The notes beneath the pieces were generated by a model, which was not told the origin of the DNA, made no database searches, and worked only from the letters and a program-made list of their open reading frames with translations. Positions 62,940 through 64,000 of a stretch of DNA of 64,000 nt are shown here, one piece after another (position 1 is the stretch's first letter; each line of letters opens with the position of its first letter). The translations under genes were made by a program, and so were the position numbers. The DNA lies in IMG/VR virus record IMGVR_UViG_3300020084_000003, positions 124,001 through 188,000 of that record, one strand, 5' to 3'.

Positions 62940-64000
62940 TTATAGAATGCGGAACTTTTTGTTTTCATAAATGAACTCAAGTCTACCTGAATTGCCATCA
63001 AGAATGAAATCAGTAACTTGCGGCTCAAGCTGTGAAATAATGAAGCCGGGAAGACCACGCGCACCTGTTCTAGCATCATAATTTTCTTCACAGAATTTTT
63101 CAATGCAAGCATCACTAACCACAACATCAACATTGGAATGTTTGTAAGAATTCGCAACGTCAACCAGTTCACGCTTAACAATCTTTTCAATTGAATCAAG
63201 TTCAAGACGGTTAAAGCAAATGATGTTCTGACGGCCATTGAAACGGTTTAGGAATTCTGGACGATATTGCTCATCCAAATCAACCTTAGCCAATTTCTCA
63301 GCATCATCAAAGGACAGGTCCATATTAAGGAAATGAGGCTGACCGATGTTTGTTGTCATAATGATAATAGATTCCGAGAAATCTGCAACACGACCAACGT
63401 TATCAGTAAGACGCCCATCATCCAGAATTTGAAGGAAAAGGTTGAACACATCTGGGTGCGCCTTTTCAATCTCATCGAACAGGATGATTCGGTTTCTATT
63501 CTTTCGCATCTCATTTGTCAAGATGCCACCAGCTTCAAAGCCCTCGTAACCCGGAGGCGCACCAATTAGTTTAGAAACTGCATGACGCTCCATGTATTCC
63601 GACATATCAAAGCGCAGCAAAGCCTTAGCATCACCCTGTAGGGCTTCTGCAATTCTTTTAGCAACTTCTGTCTTGCCAACACCTGACGGACCCATGAACA
63701 GGAAACTGGCCTGCGGCTTGTTTTTATTCCGACGCCCAACACGTGACACTTTAATTGCGTTGGATGATTTCACCAGAACATGATCCTGACCGAAAACATG
63801 ACTTTTAAGAATTGTTTCAAGATTACGTAGAATCTCTTTTTCATCTTCGTCAAGTTTGTTTGCAGCAATACCAGTAATACGTGAAAATTCCTTTACGACT
63901 TCATCACGGGTAAGCATTAGATCAGCATTCATAATTTCAGTTAGTTCATCAAATTCTTTCTTTGATTTGATTACTTCTTCCTTTGCTACTTCTAGCATCT
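62940..64000 (-). CDS. ClpA/ClpB-family AAA+ chaperone, C-terminal part (gene continues beyond the window)
   Basis: 'GPSGVGKTE', 'DMSEYMERHAVSKLIGAPPGY', 'FDEIEKAHPDV', 'RPEFLNR', 'GARGL'. Confidence 0.9.
   Translation of the reverse strand, partial: MLEVAKEEVIKSKKEFDELTEIMNADLMLTRDEVVKEFSRITGIAANKLDEDEKEILRNLETILKSHVFGQDHVLVKSSNAIKVSRVGRRNKNKPQASFLFMGPSGVGKTEVAKRIAEALQGDAKALLRFDMSEYMERHAVSKLIGAPPGYEGFEAGGILTNEMRKNRNRIILFDEIEKAHPDVFNLFLQILDDGRLTDNVGRVADFSESIIIMTTNIGQPHFLNMDLSFDDAEKLAKVDLDEQYRPEFLNRFNGRQNIICFNRLELDSIEKIVKRELVDVANSYKHSNVDVVVSDACIEKFCEENYDARTGARGLPGFIISQLEPQVTDFILDGNSGRLEFIYENKKFRIL

Noticed and set aside
32893-64000. Stop-codon reassignment, introns or inteins in the conserved genes
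   Set aside because: The ligases, helicase, rIIA/rIIB and Clp all read uninterrupted in the standard code at the expected sizes.

Overview
This is a 64 kb segment of a large lytic dsDNA bacteriophage. It carries rIIA/rIIB, RNA ligase 1, an ATP-dependent DNA ligase, a Dda/RecD-like helicase and a Clp ATPase, with no host housekeeping operons. The host is very probably an Alphaproteobacterium, inferred from GTTC-N7-GTTC LexA boxes and dense GANTC sites. The window has three zones. (1) 1-3.2 kb: an AT-rich tandem array of about 8 diverged ~140-aa paralogs. (2) 3.2-32.8 kb: an early/host-takeover-like region of dozens of promoter-small gene-terminator cassettes. The spacers are packed with recognisable host-protein binding sites: 16 alphaproteobacterial LexA boxes, 11 consensus parS sites, GANTC sites, more than 40 apparently gene-less sigma70 promoters, and two unassigned palindrome families. 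This zone also holds a ~680-nt structured non-coding RNA and a ~250-nt RNA with a tRNA-like arm at 20.1-21.1 kb, plus several small paralog families (VxLxxxPW-tailed peptides and AT-hook/winged-helix proteins). (3) 32.9-64 kb: minus-strand operons for RNA/DNA repair, nucleotide signalling and hypothetical proteins. The best candidates for new biology are the host-regulator decoy-site array and the large ncRNA locus. All counts were made by eye and should be verified computationally.
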